NCBI GenBank assembly: GCA_963739455.1
Contig: CAVUAK010000001.1
Location: forward strand, 160,001 to 224,000
Length of the DNA: 64,000 bases
Direction of reading: 5' to 3'
Origin: an uncultured Gemmatimonadales bacterium
Lineage (GTDB): Bacteria; Gemmatimonadota; Gemmatimonadetes; Gemmatimonadales; GWC2-71-9
Part shown: piece after piece, positions 62,747 through 64,000 of the stretch
Position numbering within the stretch: the stretch's first letter is position 1
Layout of the letters: every line of letters starts with the position of its first letter
Made by a program: the position numbers and the translations under genes
The notes under the pieces: model-generated
Databases searched by the model: none
What the model saw: only the letters and a program-made list of their open reading frames with translations
Told to the model about the DNA's origin: nothing

Positions 62747-64000
62747 ATGGAACTCCCCGCACCGCGCATCCTCGTCGCCGACGACCAGTCGGACATCCTG
62801 CAGGCGCTTCGGCTCCTGCTCCGGAGCGAGGGCTTTGTCGTCGAGACCGCCACATCCCCGGCCGCCGTGCTCGCAGCACTCGAGGATCGCGACTTCGACG
62901 TCCTCCTCATGGACCTCAACTACACCCGCGATACCACGTCGGGCCGCGAGGGCCTCGATGTCCTGGCGCGCATTCACCTCCTCGACGCGGCACTGCCGAC
63001 GGTGGTGATGACGGCGTATGGCAGTGTGGAAGGTGCCGTCGAGGCGATGCGCCGCGGCGCCCGCGACTATCTCGAGAAGCCGTGGGACAACACCCGGCTC
63101 GTGTCGCTCCTGCGGACCCAGGTGGAACTTGGTCGCGCACTCCGCCGGAGCCAGCGGCTGGAAAGCGAGAACCAGTCGCTTCGCCGCGAGGGCCTCCCCG
63201 ATCTCGTCACCGAGTCTCCCGCCATGCGTGCGACCGCGCGCCTCATGGCTCGCGTCGCCCCATCCGATGCCAATGCACTGCTGCTCGGGGAACACGGCGT
63301 CGGCAAGGAAATCGCCGCGCGCTGGCTCCATGCCGCGAGCGGTCGCGCCGCGAAGCCGATGATCACCGTCAACGTCGGCGGACTGTCGGAGGGTGTCTTC
63401 GAGAGCGAACTCTTCGGTCACCTGAAGGGCGCCTTTACCGACGCCAAGGCCGATCGTATCGGCCGCTTCGAGCTCGCCGATCACGGTACCATCTTCCTCG
63501 ACGAGATCGCGAACATGACGCAGGGGCAGCAGGCCCGCATCCTGCGCGTGCTCAACACCGGGGAGTTCGAGCGGGTGGGATCGTCCCGCACGCGCACCGT
63601 GGAAGCGCGTGTCTTCTCTGCAACCAATGCCGACCTCGTCGCCGAAGTCGCGGCGGGCCGTTTTCGCGAGGACCTGCTCTACCGCCTCAACACCATCGAG
63701 ATCCGCATCCCCCCGCTGCGCGAGCGCCGGGAGGACATTCCCCTCCTCGCCGCCCAGTTCCTTGATCGCTACGCCGCCCATTACCGGAAGGCGCTGCGCG
63801 GCTTCCGTCCCGAGGCAATGGCAGCCATCCTCGCCTACGCCTGGCCCGGCAACGTGCGCGAGCTGGACCACACCCTCGAGCGCGCGGTCCTCCTCGCCGA
63901 TGACACCGAGATCAAGGTGGCCGATCTCTCGCTCACCGCCGGCGACCGCTCGGCTCACCTCGACCAGATGACGCTGGAGGAGGTGGAGCGCGTGCTCATC
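62747..64000 (+). CDS. Sigma54-dependent (NtrC/AtoC-like) response regulator, 3' end outside the window
   Basis: Manual translation (absent from the ORF track): RILVADD, LLMDLN, GEHGVGKE, ESELFGH.KGAFTDA, FLDEI, WPGNVREL. Confidence 0.92.
   Translation, partial: MELPAPRILVADDQSDILQALRLLLRSEGFVVETATSPAAVLAALEDRDFDVLLMDLNYTRDTTSGREGLDVLARIHLLDAALPTVVMTAYGSVEGAVEAMRRGARDYLEKPWDNTRLVSLLRTQVELGRALRRSQRLESENQSLRREGLPDLVTESPAMRATARLMARVAPSDANALLLGEHGVGKEIAARWLHAASGRAAKPMITVNVGGLSEGVFESELFGHLKGAFTDAKADRIGRFELADHGTIFLDEIANMTQGQQARILRVLNTGEFERVGSSRTRTVEARVFSATNADLVAEVAAGRFREDLLYRLNTIEIRIPPLRERREDIPLLAAQFLDRYAAHYRKALRGFRPEAMAAILAYAWPGNVRELDHTLERAVLLADDTEIKVADLSLTAGDRSAHLDQMTLEEVERVLI

Noticed and set aside
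1195..63958. Long antisense or alternate-frame ORFs (e.g. 13829-15451, 29810-31504, 48815-50545, 62666-63958)
   Set aside because: Shadow ORFs expected in GC-rich DNA opposite well-supported genes; no recognisable motifs.

Overview
GC-rich bacterial chromosomal segment; gene content (many Hanks-type kinases, PadR + duplicated ABC permeases, ECF sigma/kinase pair) suggests Gemmatimonadota, but this is inference. Many ordinary genes carry single-base frameshifts, most simply read as long-read assembly errors. Left to right: partial CocE/NonD hydrolase and prolyl oligopeptidase (-); arylsulfatase-DUF1622-MarC-DUF202-anaerobic sulfatase maturase; a ~25-kb tandem array of eight Ser/Thr kinases (K1-K8; conserved kinase domain, variable beta-propeller or TPR sensor) with two Uma2 nucleases and a VapBC module; an ECF sigma plus kinase (K9) pair (-); a TolC/MFP/RND pump; small genes; a large lipoprotein; asnB; a DUF6067-like glycosidase; PadR/ABC permease and MFP/ABC operons; a sigma54-dependent regulator running off the end. 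Most unusual signal: at least 18 tracts of degenerate 7-, 8- and 9-bp tandem repeats from several families, all C-rich on the + strand, often just 3' of an NNNGTT hexamer, often about four units long and sometimes stacked with REP-like hairpins. Many lie in frame inside proteins (one kinase loop in 7 of 8 array kinases, linkers, N-termini). This looks like the footprint of a sequence-inserting process; no enzyme for it can be identified in the window. No rRNA, tRNA, CRISPR array or transposase was seen.
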